This document shows, in pieces, positions 11,520 to 24,239 of a stretch of 64,000 nucleotides of DNA (within the stretch, counting starts at the first letter, position 1; every line of letters starts with the position of its first letter). The DNA lies in assembly GCF_963921235.1 (NCBI RefSeq), contig NC_086097.1, positions 252,466,001 through 252,530,000 on the forward strand, read 5' to 3'. The translations under genes and the position numbers were made by a program. This DNA is from Mobula hypostoma (Eukaryota). The notes under the pieces are model-generated. The model was not told where the DNA came from. It worked only from the letters and a program-made list of their open reading frames with translations, and made no database searches.

Positions 11520-12250
11520 TTTCAAAGGTTTCAAAGGTACATTTAATGTTGGAGAAATATATAGAATATACATCCTGAAATGTTTTTTCTTCACAACAAT
11601 CCACAAAAACAGAAAAGTGCCCCAAAGAATGACTGACACTTAAATGTTAGAACCCCAAAGTCCCCCCCAGCTCCCGTCCCTCCCATGCGTAAGCGGCAGC
11701 AAACAACAATCTTCCCTCCTGGCAAAAAAAGCACGGGCACCGTCACCGAGCACTCAAGTGTGAGCAAAGCAACAGCAAAGTCACAGACTTGCAGTACTCC
11801 AAAGACTACTCATTCACCTGGCATTCGACATACCACAGGCCCTCCCTCTCCCTAATAAGGGAGAAAGGGGTGTCTCCGCTTCACAGCGAGAGGGGAGACA
11901 TAACAAACAACTGGCTGGTTTACGATATTAAAATGTCCATTGCATCACTTTTTCCGAGCTCTGTGCCCAAAGATCTTGGGTCTCTTGGCACACAGCGTTA
12001 GATCTTCCATCTCCCATGACACACCGATCTGCCCAGACACCGACCTTAGATCCACCCATCTCCAGAGCCACAAAATCTCAGTCCTCCAAAGGCAAGCTGA
12101 GCTCTTAGGCTGAGATCTTGGCATGCCTAATAACGGCCATTTGTGAAACCCAGGGAGTGGGTCCCATTCCCACAAAGAACCGCAGTCAGCGTGTAACTCC
12201 AGGTCAGGGTCTTCAAAAGAACCCTGAAAGGGTAAAACAAAATTGTTACA
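11520..12250 (-). mobile_element. Unclassified non-coding retroelement with a short tandem tail
   Basis: Minus-strand end reads ATTAAATGTACCTTTGAAACCTTTGAA. No coding similarity seen. Confidence 0.4.
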
Positions 12251-12688
12251 GAAACAGCAATGACGAATCCTTCTCTGTCTGAGTATGATGGTATTCCTGA
12301 GTCTCCAGCTGGGACTTGTATGACTGACAGTAGTGAAAACCGAGAGGAAGCTACCGACATGATGAAGGAAGCCCTGAACATGACCAGAGATGGAGGACGT
12401 TCATTGCTGCTGGATTGTTGGGAACTTTACCATCAACTTGCAGGTCGTGTCACGCAGGGTCTTGGATATATACTGTACGTGTGTTTTTTTGCTCACTATT
12501 TTGAATGTGCTGTGTATGTTATGTACCTTGACCCCAACAGAATGCTGTTTTGTTTGGCTGTATCCATGTGTGGTTGAATGGTAATTAAACTTCATTTGAT
12601 TTGATTTGAAATGCCAGCGGATTGCAGGCATTGATCAGGATGGCATGGTCACATAGCGGCTAGTGTTAGCCTAGCTGTAAGATTGGGT

Positions 12689-13300
12689 TACCTTTGGTCC
12701 CCACCAGGCACTCAGCTCTCACCTGTGGCTCCTCATAGCTGTTTGCATGTGACAGTGGCCACACCCCGGGCAACAGCTTCGACAAGCCGTCTAAACCAGG
12801 TGAGGGTAGCCAACGGTGAGATAGGGAGTTGTCTATCCCAGCATGTGAAGACAGACTCCGGCAGATTGAGCAGATGAGACCAATGAAAGGTCCAATGGTC
12901 AAGAAGGCGGTTTCTGCAAGCATTGTGGAACGTGTAGAGCAGGACAAAACACAGAAGACGTCCTGGTCATCCACTGCGCCTAGTCCCATCTCCAGCAGTC
13001 TCGACTCTGTCTTGCCACTGGATCCAGATGGGAATTGGGAAGAGAGAGTGAGGCTGACACTGCGCAACTCTCCCTCACTTAAATCCAAATCACGCGCTAG
13101 TCTCGACACCATCATAGCCGGCTGGTGGCGCAGTGACATCAGCGCCAGACTCCGGGAGCGAAGGTTCCCGAGTTCGAATCTAGTCGAGCCGCTCCTGGGC
13201 ACGCTTTCCACCCATGCCGGGTTGAGTGTTGAACTATCAGCTCGACCTTGTAAAAAGTACTAATGGTGTTGAGGTCTTCAACGATGGACGAACCTAAAAA
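12689..13300 (+). mobile_element. Structured non-coding RTE-like short element with A tail and 10-bp TSD
   Basis: Flanked by AAGATTGGGT. Internal pairings CTCTCACCTG/CAGGTGAGGG and TGTGGC/GCCACA. Terminal hairpin CTCGACACCAT/ATGGTGTTGAG. Confidence 0.65.
13117..13260 (+). mobile_element. tRNA-derived SINE
   Basis: A-box-like TGGCGCAGTGA, B-box GAGTTCGAATC, A-rich end. Confidence 0.75.
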
Positions 13301-14469
13301 AAGATTGGGTACAATTCCTGCCACTGACTGTAAGGAGCGTGTACGTTCTCTCCATGAGGTTTGCCTTCAGGTTCTCCAGTTTCCTCCCGCAGTCCGAAGA
13401 CAATGGGTTAGGGATAGTAAGTTGTGGGCATGCTACGTTGTTGCTGGAAGCATGGTGATACCTGTGGGATGTCCCCGACACTTCTGTGTCGGTTGTTGAT
13501 GCAAATGATACAGTTCACTGTGTGTTTCCATGTTTCTATGAACATACGAGAAATGAATCTCATCTTTGAAAAAACTCTTTATCTGAATGTTTTCCTCCGT
13601 AGGTTCTGCTGCCTGTGTTCATGCCATCGCATGAAACTACAGTTTCTTGAATGCTACCTCAGATCCTCAGCTTGGATCACACATACCATATCGCTAACCA
13701 CTGTTACAACACTCACTAACCACATTCCCTTTTGAATTCTGTCTCTGATTCTCAACATAAAATCTGTGTAATTGGGAAGCTGGTTTCCTTGCCTAATGCC
13801 TCTGTTCTCAGTGTGGAATGTCCTGCCAGGGGCAGATACATTCAGGACATTTAGAAACTCAGATAGGCACATGACTAACAGGACACTGATAGAATGGATG
13901 ATGGCATTCAGTTCTGAACAACACTGGCTTACTTTTTTTGTTTGCATGATTTGTTTTTCTTTCTGCACATTGAGTGTTTGGACGGTCTTCCTTTGTTCTA
14001 ATGGGTTCTATTGGGTTTCTTTGCTCGTGGCTGCCTGGAAGGAGATGAATCTCAAGGTTGTATAATGTATGCATACTTTGATAATAAATGTATTTTGAAC
14101 TTTGAAAAATAGTGGGTATGCACCACCACTCTCTGTGTAAAGAACTTACCTCTGACATCCCCTTATATTTTCCTCCAATTACATTAAATTTATGTCATTA
14201 ATTCCTTCATTGCATTGTGGGATGTTTAACAGGAGATTAAAGAGAACTGGTTTCGCAATGATGGGGACAACTACATGGATTGTCTGTGGGAGAGAGGGGT
14301 TGGAGTGATCTTCCAGCTGCTTCAATGATCAGCACAATATTGTGGGTCAGAGGACCTGTACTGTTTATGTTCAAAAGGATTTCAAAAGTTCCTTAAATAT
14401 CAGAACTACTTTTATACATTTAATAATGTACTGGCTGAAAATATTAGCCAGGAGAACAACCATGGCTTA

Positions 14470-14880
14470 TCTCAAAGTCCAAGTTCAATTTATTGTCATT
14501 CAACTGTCCCCATGTATACCACCAAACAAAACAACATCCCTCTGGACCAGGGTGACAACACAATACATATAACTCACACACAACCATCCCCTTGTATATC
14601 ACCAAACAAAACAACATCCCTCTGGACCAGGGTGACAACGCAATACATAAGGTAATATTACCACAAATAAATTAACAAATAATAGGATTCATTTCCAATG
14701 CAAATTAAAAAGTCAACAGTAGAATGCCACTGGTGCTTCATATGTGATTAGACCTGGGTGGCTGGCAGAGTTCAGAAGCCTTACAGCCTGCGAAATGAAG
14801 TTGTTTCCCACCCTAACGACCCTTGTCCTAATGCTACAGTACCTCTTGCCTGATGGCAGGCAGTCAAAGAAATTGCTAAC
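14470..14880 (-). mobile_element. Rex1-type 3' fragment with an internal 80-bp-period tandem duplication (14513-14650)
   Basis: Minus-strand peptide LPSGKRYCSIRTRVVRVGNNFISQAVRLLN. Duplicated ACCAAACAAAACAACATCCCTCTGGACCAGGGTGACAAC. Confidence 0.7.
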
Positions 14881-15249
14881 TGAAATAAATATTAAATTGC
14901 AACTCATCTGTGTCTTGTGGACCTTGTTTTTTTGTGGAGATCGAGGTGTGTGAAGAGAGAGACACGGTGCAGTGATTGGTATAGTGCTGTGGATTACTAG
15001 CATCCAGTGATCTTGCAGTTAGCTCTGAGTGTCAGTTTCCTACTTGGTTGCTGGTCCTTAAACAGCTCTGCCCTGAATCAATACAGGAGCATTTTAGCCA
15101 AGCTTGTCTCATTGGTTATCTCCCTGCTAACGGTCAATGGGATGCCATGAATGCTATTCTAAATGTACGTAACGTAGCCAATTTCACTCTACCGTCTATC
15201 AGCTTATTTCTAGGAATCAGTTAGGAAAATAAACTACGAGCTGGATAGA

Positions 15250-15720
15250 GCAAAACTTGAGGAACTCAGCAGGTCAGGCAGCATCTGTGGAGAGGAATAA
15301 ACAGTTGGTGCTTCAGGCCGAGACCCTTCATCAGGACTGGGAAGTAAGGGGGAAGGTGCCAGAATAGGAAGGTGGGGGGAGCGGGAGGAAGACAAGTTGG
15401 CAGGTGATAGGTGAGAGGGAATGTGGGTGGGTGAGGAACAGGGGGGGAGATGATAGGTGGGAACAGTAAAGGCCTGAAGATGAAGGAATCTGTTTGGAGA
15501 GGACACTGGACCATGGAAGAAAGGGAAGGAGGGTGGGTATCGGAGGAGGTGATAAGCAGGTGGGGAGAAGAGAAGCGGTAAGAGGGGAACCGGAATGGGG
15601 AATGGAAAAAGAGAGAAGGGGGAGGAAAGAGAAATTGCTGGAAGTTAGAGAAATCAATGCTCATACCATGAGGATGGAGAATGCCCAGACAGAAAATGTG
15701 GTGTTGTTCCTCCATCCTGA
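15250..15720 (-). mobile_element. Penelope-like element 3' fragment with a degenerate hammerhead
   Basis: MEEQHHIFCLGILHPHGMSIDFSNF resembles the C-terminus of Penelope GIY-YIG endonucleases. It is followed by CAGUC CUGAUGA AGGGUCUCGGCCU GAAG (core mutated) at 15301-15340. Confidence 0.8.
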
Positions 15721-16319
15721 GAGAGGCCTTGCTGTGGCAGCAGGGGAGGATGTGGGTATTACAACCAGAGAGTGAATCTCACAACCAACTCAGTCATCAA
15801 AGTTACATGTGCTTCAGATGGAACTTCACACAACAACAAAATAATCTCTAAAAGTGTAACATAAAACTTGTCAAATACACACATTCAAAGGTGGATTGAG
15901 GATTTACAGATGAGATAATTCCAAAGTAATCCAAGAGACATTGTGTAACATCCATGATCCGAAATGCCACCAGCAGCTTCACCTCACCAGGTTCAGGAAC
16001 AGTCACTACCCCACAATTATCAGACTCCTGAACCAGAGTGGATAACTTCACTCAGCTCAACACTGAACTGATCCCACAACCTACAGACTCACTTTCAAGG
16101 TCTCTACAAATCAGGCTCTCAGTTTTATTTAGAGGATTATTATTATTATTATCATTATTGTGTTTGCACAGTTTGTATATTGTTTGTTTTATCAGGCTCT
16201 GTTTGTGTGCAATTTTTCAACGGTTCTGTTGTATTTGTTGTGTGGAGGCCTGTAAAGAAGGAAACACCAGAAATCGAGTCATACGAATGCTGAAAAGGGT
16301 CTACCAATAGAAGTCAATA

Positions 16320-16470
16320 AGCATGGCCCACATCAGCTCCTTCATGCACAGTCACAAGACCGATGACAAAGCAGGGGGGAGGTTGGACAACGGGCTAGCA
16401 ACCCCCTCCTGTAAAAACCAGAGCTGCACAGACACCAACAGATGCTATGGAGACCTTATCCCGGGGAGAA
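16320..16470 (+). mobile_element. RTE-derived short element, interrupted by CR1 copy 3
   Basis: GGCTAGCAACCCC...GTAAAAACC motif shared with 40330-40550. The sequence resumes briefly at about 17657 (AAGGATCTTTG). Confidence 0.6.
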
Positions 16471-17656
16471 ACATAGAAACATAGAAACATAGAAAATAGG
16501 TGCAGGAGTAGGCCATTCGGCCCCTCGAGCCTGCACTGCCATTCAGTACGATCATGGCTGATCATCCAACTCAGAACCCTGCACCAGCCTTCCCTCCATA
16601 CCCCCTGATCCCTTTAACCACAAGGGCCATATCTAACTCCCTCTTAAATATAGCCAGTGAACCGGCCTCAACTGTTTCCTGTGGCAGAGAATTCCACAGA
16701 TTCACCACTCTCTGTGTGAAGAAGTTTTTCCTAATCTCGGTCCTAAAAGGCTTCCCCTTTATCCTCAAACTGTAACCCCTCGTTCTGGACTTCCCCAACA
16801 TCGGGAACAATCTTCCTGCATCTAGCCTGTCCAATCCCTTTAGGATTTTATACGTTTCAATCAGATCCTCCCTCAATCTTCAAAATTCCAACAAGTATAA
16901 GCCTAGTTCATCCAGTCTTTCTTCATATGAAAGTCCTGCCGTCCCAGGAATCAATCTGGTGAACCTTCTTTGTACTCCCTCTATGGCAAAGATGTCTTTC
17001 CTCAGATTAGGGGACCAAAACTGCACACAATACTCCAGGTGTGGTCTCACCAAGGCCTTGTACAATTGCAGTAGTACCTCCCTGCCCCTGTACTCGAATC
17101 CTCTTGCTATAAATGCCAGCATACCATTCGCCTTTTTCACAGCCTGCTGTACCTGCATGCCCACTTTCAATGACTGGTGTATAATGACACCCAGGTCTTG
17201 TTGCACCTCCCCTTTTCCTAATCGGCCACCATTCAGGTAATAATCTGTTTTCCTGTTTTTGCCACCAAAGTGGATAACTTCACATTTATCCACATTAAAT
17301 TGCATCTGCCATGAATTTGCCCACTCACCTAACCTATCCAAGTCACCCTGCATCCTCTTAGCATCCTCCTCACAGCTAACACTGCCGCCCAGCTTCGTGT
17401 CATCCGCAAATTTGGAGATGCTGCATTTAATTCCCTCATCCAAGTCATTAATATATATTGTAAACAACTGGGGTCCCAGCTCTGAGCCTTGCGGTACCCC
17501 ACTAGTCACTGCCTGCCATTCTGAAAAGGTCCCGTTTATTCCCACTCTTTACTTCCTGTCTGCTAACCAATTCTCCATCCACATCAGTACCTTACCCCCA
17601 ATACCGTGTGCTTTAAGTTTGCACACTAATCTCCTATGTGGGACCTTGTCAAAAGC
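16470..17656 (-). mobile_element. 5'-truncated CR1 (family A, copy 3)
   Basis: RT ORF 16880-17545 with FADD, frameshifted C-terminus, (TTTCTATG)3 tail. Confidence 0.96.
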
Positions 17657-18064
17657 AAGGATCTTTGCCTATAGGCGTTAATTGGGCTATGCCTGAGCAC
17701 AATCTTCCAATCTGCGCCTTCTAAGGCATGAAAATGCCTGACACAGGCCTCTGATGGTCTGAGTCGACGTTCCCACCTCCCTCCCCTGAGCACAGCTTGA
17801 AGGACTGGCCCAGGTCGTGAGCTGTTGTCCGCAGCCTTTGTCCCAGACGGGGTGGTGGGCTGAGAAGAAGAAGGCAGTTCACCTTGTAGACAGCACTCTG
17901 CTTGTTGTACTGAATTACTGACTTTTTCAATACTCTATAAGGACTTCTGAACACCATCTGCAATTCTGGAGGGAGCATGTCTGCACAATATTTTTAAATA
18001 ATCACCGACAAAACTTTACCTGCATTGGTGTTTGACCACGGGCAGCTAAAGACAAACCCCCCGA

Positions 18065-18218
18065 TCAGGCCGTTGATTATGCGTAGGCAAAACCCCTCTG
18101 ACCACTGGCCACTGGGAGCTATAGGCAAACACCCTGGTCAGGCCGTTGGGATTATGCGTAGGCACAAAGTACGAACTCCCAGGTCAGGCCGTTGGGATTA
18201 TGTGTAGGCACAAAGTAC
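18065..18218. repeat. Three spaced copies of TCAGGCCGTTG(GG)ATTATGCGTAGGCA(C)AAA
   Basis: Copies start at about 18065, 18138 and 18184. Confidence 0.85.
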
Positions 18219-18631
18219 ATCTGACCTTAGCATCTTGGAAAATTTTTGCTGACAGCTTTGGCTTCTGAAGCAGAGTCATAGAGAGGTCACTACAGGCCAG
18301 AAACAGGCCCTTCAGCCCATCTAGTCTTTGCCAAATTGTTATTCCACCTAGTCCCATCGATCCACACCTGGACCATAGCCCTCCATACCCCTCTCACCAA
18401 ATGTACTTATCCAAACTTCTCTAAAATATTGCAATCAAACCCACATGCACCACTTGCATTGGGAGCTCGTTCCACACTCTCACTGCACTCTGAGTGAAGA
18501 ACTTCCCCCTCATGTTCCCCTTAAATATTTCACCTTTCACCCTTAACTCATAGTTCTATTCTCACCTAACCTTAGTGGAAAAGACCGGAAAATCTGCAGA
18601 TGCTGGAAATCCAGAGTGACACACATAAAAT

Positions 18632-19082
18632 TAAAGATTGGAGCGATTGGGGTTATATACACTGGAATTTAGAAGGATGAGGGGGGATCTGATTGAAACA
18701 TATGAGATTATTAAGGAATTGGACACGCTAGAGGCAGGAAACATGTTCCCGATGTGGGGAAACAGAGGCCACAGTTTAAGAATAAGGGGTAGACAATTTA
18801 GAACAGAGTTGAGGAAAAACTTTTTCACACAGAGGGTTGCGGTTCTGTGGAATGCTCTGCCTCAGAAGGCAGTGGAGGCCAATTCTCTGGATTCTTTCAA
18901 AAAAGAGTTAGATAGAGCTCTTAAAGATAGCAGAGTGAAGGGATATGGGAAGAAGGCAGGAAAAGGGTACTGATTGTGGATGATCAGCCATGATCACAGT
19001 GAATGGTGGTGCTGGCTCGAAGGGCTGAATGGCCTACTCCTGCACCTATTGTCTATTGTCTATTATCTATTGTCTATTGTCT
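18632..19082 (+). mobile_element. CR1 3' fragment with (CTATTGT)n tail nested in a Penelope-derived short element (18588-19170)
   Basis: LGLYTLEFRRMRGDLIETY peptide. TAAAAT is duplicated on both sides. Confidence 0.9.
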
Positions 19083-19133
19083 AAAATGCTGGAAGAACTC
19101 AGCAGGTCAGGCAGCAGTTACGGAAAATAGTAC

Positions 19134-19169
19134 AGTTGACGTTTCGGGCTGAGACCCTTCATCAGAACT
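19134..19169 (-). ncRNA. Minimal type-I hammerhead ribozyme motif with intact core
   Basis: Minus strand reads AGUU CUGAUGA A GGGU CUCA GCCC GAAAC GUC AACU: stem I AGUU/AACU, stem II GGGU/GCCC, GUC cleavage triplet. Confidence 0.7.
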
Positions 19170-19304
19170 CTGAGGGGTCATAATTTTGTATACCTCTATC
19201 AATCTCTCAATCCTCTTTGTTTCACAGACAGAACACAGAAGATACTTCTTCACTCATTCACCATTTTAGACATATTTTAATACAGATCCATAATTTACTG
19301 TAAG

Positions 19305-19960
19305 TGGCATAGGGTTGTAAAGAAAGCTTTTGGCACATTGGCCTTCATAAGTCAAAGTACTGAGTACAGGAGATGGGATGTTGTGTTGAAGTTGTGTAAG
19401 GCAATGGTGAGGTATAATTTGGAGCACTGTGTGCAGTTTTGGTCACCTACTTACAGGGAAGATGTAAATAAAGTTGAAAAAATACAGAGAAACTTTACAA
19501 GGATGTTGCTGAACCTGAAGGACTTGAGTTATAAAGGAAGATTGAATAGTTTTGGACTTTATTCCTTGGAATGTGGAAAAGATTAAGGGGAGATTTCATA
19601 GAAGTATACAAAATTATGAGGGGTATGGATATGGTAAATACAAACAGACTTTTTCCATTGAGGTGAGTGGGACTACAACCAGTTAAGGGTGAAAGGTGGG
19701 AAGTTTAAGAGAAACATGAGGGGAAACTTCTTCATTTGGAGGGCTGTGAAAGTGTGGAAAGAACTGCCAGCACAAGTGGAGCAGGCGAGCTCGATTTCTA
19801 CATTTGAGAGAAGTTTGGATTGATATCTGGATGGGTGGGGTATGAAAGTCTATGTCCCCAGTGCAGGTCGATGAGAGTAGGCAGTTTAAATGGTCCAGCA
19901 TGGATTAGATGGGCTAAAGGGCCTGTTTCTGTGCTGTACTTTTCCATGACTCTGTGACCT
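19305..19960 (+). mobile_element. Older CR1 3' fragment
   Basis: AFISQSTEYRRWDVVLKL...LEHCVQFWSP peptide and CR1 3' UTR. Confidence 0.88.
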
Positions 19961-20119
19961 TATTTCAGGTATTTTTGTTTTACTAATTTATGCTCGGTTT
20001 CCTTAGTCCTGCTGCCACACAGTGGTAGGGATTACCTAGATTTAACTCAGATTTTCTCTGGGCAATAATGTATTCATGTCCTTTTGTGGAAATAATGTAC
20101 CATACATCCAGTGGGATAT

Positions 20120-20350
20120 CCCCTGTACCTAGTAAAATGGCCACTGAGTGTATGTTCATGGTCTTCTGCTGCTGTAGCCCATCCATTTCAAGGTTCGACG
20201 TGTTGTGTGTTCAGAGATGCTCTTCCGCACACCACTGTTGTGTGTTGTGGTTATTTGAGTTACTGGTGTCTTCCTGTTGGCTTGAACCAGTCTGCCCATT
20301 CTCCAGATTAGATATTTGCATTAGTGAGCAGGTGTACAGGTGGCCTCTGA
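20120..20350. mobile_element. Tc1/mariner-derived non-autonomous fragment
   Basis: GTACCTAGTAAAATGGCCACTGAGTGTA resembles a Tc1-type terminal/direct-repeat motif ending in TA. Confidence 0.5.
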
Positions 20351-20699
20351 ACGTACATTACAATGTTCTGCTTTAGTGGGAAGGCTTACCTGCTGGGATT
20401 GCATGTTATACATTTGGGGAAATATTGTTAAGCATTGCCTAATTATTGAGTTGACTGACATATTTTATTTTTTCTTGTTTAATTTTCTGAACATATATAT
20501 TCCTGATAAGGTTCCTGTGGTAATTTATTGTTTATTTTTAATACCCAGACAGTGGAGAGCTTTGACCCTCAGCACATTGTGACTGTATAGGCTCTTTGAA
20601 GTGGTTATCCAATTCCTCACAGTCAACTGTACTTCTTCATAGTCCTGCAAAGGTTTCCTCTCTCTACTGGTGAACAAACACACACTGTGAATATTAAAC

Positions 20700-21600
20700 C
20701 TGCAAATTGCACCACAAGACTACGAGACCATAAGACCAGAAGACACAGGAGCAGAATTAGGCCATTCAGCCCATCGAGTCTGCTCCACCATTTCACCATG
20801 GCTGATTTATTATCACTCTTATCCTCATTCTGCTGCCTTCTCCCCGTAACCTTTGACGCCCTGACTGATCAAGAACATATCAACCTCTGCCATAGATATA
20901 GCCAATGACTTGGCCTCCACAGCTAGCTGTAGTGATGAATTCCAGATTCACCACCCCCCCGGCTAAAGAAATCACTCCTCATCTTTGTTCTAAATGGATG
21001 TTCCTCTATTCTGATGCTGTGCCCTCTGTTCCTAGATTCCCCTGCTACAGGAAACGTCCTCTCCACATCCACTTCATCTAGGCCTTTCCACATTCAATAG
21101 GCTTCAATGAGATCTCGCCCGGGGGGGCGTTAGACTGCGAGGAGACATTGAGTCGTCTGGGACTGTACTCGCTGGAATTCAGAAGAATGAGAGGAGATCT
21201 TATAGAAACATATAAAATTATGAAAGGGGTAGAAAAGATAGAGGCAGCAAAGTTGTTTCCACTGGTAGGTGAGACTAGAACTAGGGGACACAGCCTCAAG
21301 ATTACGGGGAGTAGATTTAGGACAAAGATGAGGAGGAACTGCTTTTCCCAGAGAATGGTGAATCTGTGGAATTCTCTGCCCAATGAAGCAGTGGAGGCTA
21401 CCTCAGTAAATATATTTAAGACAAGGCTGGATAGGTTTTTGCGTAATAGGGAAATTAAAGGTTATGGGGAAAAGGCAGGTAGGTGGAGATGAGTCTGTGG
21501 TCAGATCAGCCATGATCTTACTGAATGGCAGAGCAAGCTCGATGGGCCAGATGGCCGACTCCTGCTCCTATTTCTTATGTTCTATTCTCCTGAACTCCAG
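20700..21600. mobile_element. Minus-strand CR1 3' fragment (20700-21120) with a plus-strand CR1 3' fragment (21125-21582) inserted
   Basis: Peptide [24 protein letters not shown], and CR1 3' UTRs on both strands. Confidence 0.85.
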
Positions 21601-22079
21601 GCCCAGGTCCATCAAATCCTTTAAATTTAATTTTCCAGCATTGCTTCTCATTCCATTAATTGTTGTATTATTTCTAGACTAAGTCCCCGGTTTATTTTCC
21701 AGAATTACTTTTTGATGTCTTCTTTCTCTTGCACATGGCGCCATCTACTGTTCTAATTAATTTCAGAGTCCGTCACCACTATTAGGTGTCCAGCGATCAC
21801 TCCAGTCGGCTGTGATGTTCTCCTGATGAGCTGTCTATCGGTGGATACTCGGGTCACTGTAGAGGCTGTTCCAGGATCCACATAACCAGGTTGTTAGGGT
21901 GGATTCCCTCATGGAGAACGCCTCTGCAGGATATTGTTAAACATGGGGAGGCTCATGCACGGGCAGCCACTGTATGTTCAGCGCCTCTGAGATAGTCTTG
22001 TACCCTTCCCCGACTTGTGCTTCTCGTATCATTTCCCTGACTTGACATGAATGCTCTTTTGTCTTCATTTTGGTTTGGT

Positions 22080-22438
22080 CTGTTGAAAATCTACCATACT
22101 GTTTGACTTTACAGAGAGAGGGGGTATTTATTTTTGTGAATTCATTGAAAATGCGTGACCCTCCAATTTGTTACATCAACAAATTGGGTGAGTTACCTCT
22201 ATTGCACTGAGGAAGGTTAGTGTAGTAATTACAAAGGGGACTTTTTCAGCCTCACAATTTTGGTTTTTAATTTTATGGTAAATTGTTGACAAGCTTTGGA
22301 ATTTTTCTTTTGATTTGATGTGATGAACAATGTTTTGTAGATGAGGTCAAAAATCCTGCTTCAATTTTTTTTGAATTTAGAAAATGAGGCAGTAAGATGT
22401 GCAAATATGGGGATGAATGCTTTTTCAAGGCACTGTAG
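22080..22438 (+). mobile_element. Tc1-like right-end fragment
   Basis: Ends GGGGATGAATGCTTTTTCAAGGCACTG-TA, similar to the reverse complement of Tc1-type TIRs (CAGTGCCTTG...), followed by TA. Confidence 0.55.
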
Positions 22439-22924
22439 CTCTTAAGTTGGGAATGGGATGGAAGGGTCTTAGGAAATTTGTACGGACCAAATTCTTGGAG
22501 CTGATAGGTGGATAAGTCTCCTTATTCTGACGGATTTCATTCTAGGGATTTAAAACTGGCCAGTGACAGTGAAGCGTTGTTGTTCATTTTCCTGAATCCC
22601 TTCCATTCTGGGGATGAAAACAGCAAATGTATAAAATATATACTGTATAAATGGAGGCAGGAAGCAGGAAACCACAGCCAGTTAGCTCCTATCTATCATT
22701 GGAGAAGTGTTGGAAGCTAACACACTCAGCTAAAGTCAATATGATTTTGTTAAAATGAAAGCATGTTTAACCTATTCATGGTGTCATACAGCAGTACAGC
22801 ACAGAAGCACACTTTCAGCCCATCTAGTCCATGCCAAACTATCAATGTACCTACTCCCATCGACCTGCACCAGACCGTAGCCCTCCATATCCCTCCCATC
22901 CATGTACCTATCCAAATTTCTCTG

Positions 22925-23350
22925 AAACTTACAAGGATGTCCCCGGCTCTAGAAGACCTTAGTTACAAGGCAAAACTGAATAGGTTGTGACGTTATTCCT
23001 TGGAACGTAGAAGATTGAGAGGGGATTTGACAGAGACATACAAAATTATGAGAGGATAGATAGGGCGAATGCAGCCAGAGGTCATGGGTTAAGGGTGAAA
23101 GGTGAAAAGTTTAAGGGGAACATGAGGGGAAACTTCTTCACTCAGAGGGTTGTGAGAGTGTGGAGTGAGCTGCTAGCAAGGGTGGTGCATGCAAATTCGT
23201 TTCAACATTTAAGAGAAGTTTGGATAAGTACCTGTATGGGAGGGAGGGATATGGCCTGGAAGCAGGTCGATGGAAGTAGGCAGTTTAAATAGTTAGGCAC
23301 AGACTAAATAGGCTGAAGGACCTGTTTCTGTGTTGTACTATGACTCTATA
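22925..23350 (+). mobile_element. CR1 3' fragment nested in a minus-strand CR1 tail
   Basis: KGEKFKGNMRGNFFTQRVVRVW peptide. Confidence 0.8.
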
Positions 23351-24239
23351 AATGTTGCTATCAAACCCACGTCTATCACTCCCACTGGCAGCTTGCTCCA
23401 CACTTTCATCACCCTCTGAGTGAAGAAATGCCCCCTCATTGGAAATGATTTCCATTCATGTGAGAAATATGAAAATGGTCAAGACAATCAGAACACAAAA
23501 ACCGCTGGAGGAACTCAACAGGTTAGGCAGCATCTATGGAAAGGAGTAAAGAGCTGAAGTTTCTGGCTAAGAACTTTCATTGGAATTCTCAGCAAGAGAA
23601 TCTAATCTACTTAATTTAGGATCATTTTGCAACACTGCAAATCGTTAAATCTTAGAAACTTTTTTTTGTGCTTTGTATATCATTCTAGATATTACACCCC
23701 AGATTTGTAAATTGAAAGTTAATAGTGCAGAACTCTTTTTGTGTGTTAGTCCAGTTTGATCCCTTACATCTAGTCCATGCTCTTTTCTCGCTTCTGCCAT
23801 CAGGAAGAAGATACAGGAGCATCAGGACCCACACCACCAGGTTCAGGGACAGTAATTACCGCTCAACCATCAGGCTCCTGAATCAGTGTGGATAACTTCA
23901 CTCACCCTACTGATCTGATCACTGAACACAACCTGTGGACCCATTTCCAATAAACTGCAACTCATGTTCTCAGTATTAATTACATTACCTTTCATTGTAA
24001 CTACACTTTTGTCTTCCTTTGCACATCAGATGTTTCTCAGTCTTTGTGTGTAGTTTTCATTGATTCTATTGTATTTCTTTGTTCTACAGTTAAAGTTGCA
24101 AGAAAATGAATCTCAGAGCACTATATCAGAATCACGTTTAATATTACTGGTATATGTCATGAAATTTGTTAATATGGAGGGAGCAGTATAATGCAATATA
24201 TGATAAATTTAGAAAAGAATAAATAAATGAATTACAGTA

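Larger units (their letters stand above)
12640..13565 (+). mobile_element. V-SINE interrupted by an RTE-like element
   Basis: Head at 12640-12688, body at 13301-13565 (GGTTTGCCTTCAGGTTCTCCAGTTTCCTCCCGCA). TSD AAGATTGGGT at 12679-12688 and 13301-13310. Confidence 0.7.

Noticed and set aside
15301..15340. Functional hammerhead (also the copy at about 23550-23585)
   Set aside because: The GAAA box and cleavage triplet are mutated at 15301-15340 (GAAG-CACC). The 23550 copy is more degenerate and lacks CUGANGA.
18065..18218. CRISPR-like spaced repeats
   Set aside because: Only three degenerate copies, very unequal spacers that themselves resemble the repeat, no cas genes, and a vertebrate context.
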